Shown here piece after piece: positions 60,560 through 64,000 of a DNA stretch of 64,000 bases. Numbering within the stretch: the first letter of the stretch is position 1; every line of letters begins with the position of its first letter. Position numbers and translations under genes: made by a program. The stretch is taken from NCBI GenBank assembly GCA_024679065.1, contig JAGIQG010000004.1, positions 54,684,001 through 54,748,000 of the forward strand, written 5' to 3'. Under the pieces are notes generated by a model. The model was not told where the DNA came from. It searched no databases and saw nothing but the letters and a program-made list of their open reading frames with translations. This DNA is from Sphyrna mokarran (taxonomy: Eukaryota).

Positions 60560-63117
60560 GGCCACTGTTGCCGCACGCACATTCCAATCTCCCCACTTTT
60601 GCATCCCTACAATCTCCTGAACCAATATAACAATAGAGTCGGGGGCCTGGGTTAACTTTTTAAGCAAATTCTTGTGGCAAACAGGAGGATGATGACGATT
60701 CGCTATGCACCAATGTGATAACGCCATGCTGCAATCTAGTCCGGCTCGTACCTGGGCATTGCATGCATGATAGCATTAGAACCTTATCCGGCTGAGGGTG
60801 AGGGAGCACTGTACACTAATGCAAGGCCTCGGAGCGGACCGGATGGTGTGGGGAAATGTGCCTCTAGTTCTGGGAATGCTATGATAGATGTTTTAAGTCG
60901 CTACCATTGCATGCCATACAATATAGTCAGTGAATGATTTGAACATCTTGATTTTCACACTTGCAGTGCACTGAAGGCCTTTCCCCATGGACATTGACTT
61001 TTGGATGCTTCCGGTCAAGGTCAGTAAGTACATTCTTGTTGAATGCTAATCACAGACAGCTGTGGGGTGCAATAATATATATTGGTGCCAATAAAAGTGC
61101 CATCAAACTAAGTACTCATATATAATGAGAGCAAGTGAAAATTAACAATGGCTAATTATTCTATCGAAATGATGTGCTCCTTTACCCAAGCTACCTTTGT
61201 GCCACTACAACTTCTTAGCTTTATGTGATCTGCCATTGCATCTCAGTGTCTGCCCATGATGTACATCAGAAGTGGAGGTGGTCGAGGGCTTGTCATGATC
61301 CTGGCCTGTGATGCTGTTGCCAATCGCCCTCTGAAGGGCCTGGATTTTGAGGGCCCCAACTAGCTTTGAGATGTCATGTACAAATCCATGCCATCCTGTT
61401 CATCCTAGTGCTCTTGAGATGCACTCAAGAGTCAGAATATGTCGCCACTGCTGCAATTAGTGGATGGAAGGCCCCACGTGGCATCTAGCCCTTCCTCCTA
61501 CCTGGGGTTCCTGCGGCCCTTGATTCACTCCATGGGATGGCATTGCTTGTGCAATGAGGTCCAATGTCAAACCACCTGGTCAGTCCTGCAATCTTGCCGT
61601 AGTGAACTTGCCCTCAGCGATGGCATTCTCTGAGTCTGGGGCCACCTACCAATGGCAGCAACAAGAACATCTGAGATTGGATTATGCACTGCATCCCTTA
61701 ATCGTGAACGGGCCACATTCTCAAGAGCTGCTCATAGCGCACTATGTTCCAGCACTGTCCCATTGGGTCACCTACAAGTTCTTAACCTCCCAGCTATATG
61801 CTGCAGAATCACGTTAAGCTTGTTGAGGCCCTCAGCTGTAGCCTGCTGTGCATCAGTCATAGCCTTTTGTGACTCCATAGTGTCCTGATGTGATTCAGCC
61901 GTTGCTCGGGCCCTGCCACTCATGGTGTGGATTTCTGGTCCAGCTTTTCCACTGCGGATGTCATCCTTGCAGCGATGGTCTGGGAACCATGCAGGAATGG
62001 CAATAGTTGGTCCATCTAAAAACTTTGGTACTCTTCCCAACAGCCTCACAGTCTGTCCAGCGTTGCTGCCAGCTCCTCCTGCATTTCCTGGCACTGTTGC
62101 TGCATCACTGTTGCAACTGATCAAGAAGAGATCGCGGAGGCCAAGCATGTAGCCTGGGACCAGCTTTGTCTCGCCCCTGGCAGGCTGCGTGCCAGAGATT
62201 TCGGACCTTCCCTCCTCCACCCAATGGCCATCAACAGACATATGGCATGCTCGACAGAGTGACCCAGATGCCTCACACTCACTTGACTCATCACAGAAAC
62301 TCTCTGGGATGGTGAGTTGCAAGGTGAAAGCTGACGCGAAGCCGGTGCTGGCTTGGTGTTTTCATCATTGCTTTTAGTGAGGAATTGTCTGAGCTGTCTT
62401 GAGAAGGATGGGTAGGAGCAGAGGGGGATATCAGTGCATCTGGCCCTGGTGCATCCCGTCCCTTCGTGCAACACAGTAGATGAGGTTAAGCACAAGGGAG
62501 GGGCACGAATCTGGTTGCATGCAACTTAGTTCAGATATCTCCAACCAGTGGAGGATTAGCAGGTGCTCACTTCTCCGTTCCAGCCCAACCCGTCTGTTAT
62601 ATTTGTTGTGGGTTCTCTTCTCTCCTGGTCCTCAAATGGAATGAGAACCTGACCTTCAGACACATCACCCACTGTCTTCACCCTCTCACAGTGGGTTTGG
62701 TTGTTCTTCTCCTGTCGGGCCGAGTAAATTCCGATTGTAGGATCCTGCAAGGTGTCATGGGGTAGCCCCCAGGGGGAAAAGTTTGGTTAGAGTAGGGCCA
62801 GAAGGAGGTGCTTGCAAGTTAGGGGCTGGACGTTTGCATTGTGCTGGGGGCGTGGGAGGGATCTGGAAGTCACTGAGTGGAGAGATACTAGGACCGGTTT
62901 AACATTCATCCTTGGTGCCCAGATTATGTTGTTCAGTTTCTTCTGGCGCTGTTTCTGTCCTCCTTCCCAGTGCCCTCATGCTGATACATGCTGCCACCGC
63001 CTCCCAGGCTGTATTGCCATCCCTTCCCCTGGAATAGCATTCTGCTAGGGAGAAGGAGGGGTGGGGTTTGAGACTCCGAATTGAGCTTCAGGCTGGCTGG
63101 CGGGTTAAATCCTGCCC
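60560..63117 (-). mobile_element. Decayed PIF/Harbinger-like DNA transposon (Myb/SANT-like gene relic)
   Basis: Minus-strand remnants RQKKLNNI.. (~62950) and ARQEKNNQTHCERVKTVGDV..LIPFE resemble Harbinger Myb/SANT-like proteins; gggcaggattt terminus at 63117. The other end was not located. Confidence 0.45.
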
Positions 63118-63139
63118 ACTACACCTCGTGGCTGGAAAC

Positions 63140-64000
63140 GTTCTGGTCCATTTTTCATTATCTAACTCCATCGGATTGGAAATAAAAACTTGCCCAAGAG
63201 ACGAGTCTGGAATTGTTCCATTTTCAAGCAAAATGGACATCAAATGCCAGAAATGTTGGAGAATGCAAGACGTAGTGAGAAGAAGAACTGAGAAAGTTAA
63301 TATTAGTCGAGAAACGGTGCTGGGAAAGATGATGTAATTGAAGGCAGATAAATCCCCAGGGCCTGATAATTTACTTCCCAGAGAACTTAAGCAAGCTTCT
63401 TTAGAAATAGTGGATACATTGGTGTTCATCTTTCAGGTTTATATAGACTCTTGAACAATCCCAGCAGATTGGAGGGAGTGAATGTCACTCCAATATTCAA
63501 AAGAAAGGCAGAGAGAAAACAGGGAATTATAGACCAGTAAGTTTAACATCGATAATTTTCGAATCCATTATCAAGGACTTTATATATCACAGCATTTAAA
63601 AAAAGCAGTGGCAGGATCAGATAGAGTCAGTATGGATTTATGAAAGGGAAATCATGCTTGACAAATCTGTTGGAGTTCTTTGAATATGTACCTTGACAGG
63701 AGGGAACCAGTCAATGTGATGTATTTGGACTTTCAGAAAGTGTTTGACAAAATCTAGCACAAGAGATTATCGTGTAAAGTTAAAGCACTTGGGATTTGGG
63801 AAGTGTGTTATGATGGATAGAAAATTGGTTGGCAGAAACGAATTAAAGTGTTGGAATTAATGGATGTTTTCAAATTGGCAGACAGTGGGATGTCACAGGA
63901 ATCGATGTTTGGACCATAGCTATTCACAATATATATATTAATGATTTGGATGCGGGAACAAAATGTAACATTTCAAAGTTTGCAGATGATACCAAGTTGA
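63140..64000 (+). mobile_element. Degraded CR1 ORF2 fragment running off the window
   Basis: KSPGPD, NYRPVSLTS, DFQKVFDK and KFADDTK motifs with stops. Confidence 0.85.

Overview
Vertebrate genomic DNA, almost certainly a shark or other cartilaginous fish. The basis is dense CR1/HER1-type LINEs, HE1/V-SINEs, SacSINE1-like DeuSINEs and Rex1, L2 and Harbinger relics; the species cannot be fixed from sequence alone. Between the repeats lies a tandem cluster of three + strand paralogous immunoglobulin-superfamily receptor genes, which I spliced by hand. Each has a leader, one germline-joined VJ-type V domain, one C1-set domain, a TM segment and a tail. Gene A (3937-6455, 270 aa) has an Arg inside the TM and a short tyrosine-free tail, the signature of an activating receptor. 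Gene B (23705-30351, 336 aa) and gene C (37487-43738, 324 aa) have an uncharged TM core and an ITIM(-like) plus ITSM tail, the signature of inhibitory receptors. Together they look like a non-rearranging, TCR-chain-shaped paired-receptor system, with an NKp30-like V domain and SIRP-like C1 and tail. Supporting details: a positionally conserved promoter motif, loss of the canonical C1 F-strand Cys (to Arg) in two of three genes, light-chain-like stalk cysteines, and a decayed second ITIM/ITSM exon. Independently, two CR1 families here carry a long 3' UTR made of a ~200-nt RNA fold with compensatory changes, fused to a captured V-SINE. Nearly all other listed ORFs are LINE fragments or antisense noise. 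Gene models are manual predictions with no transcript evidence.
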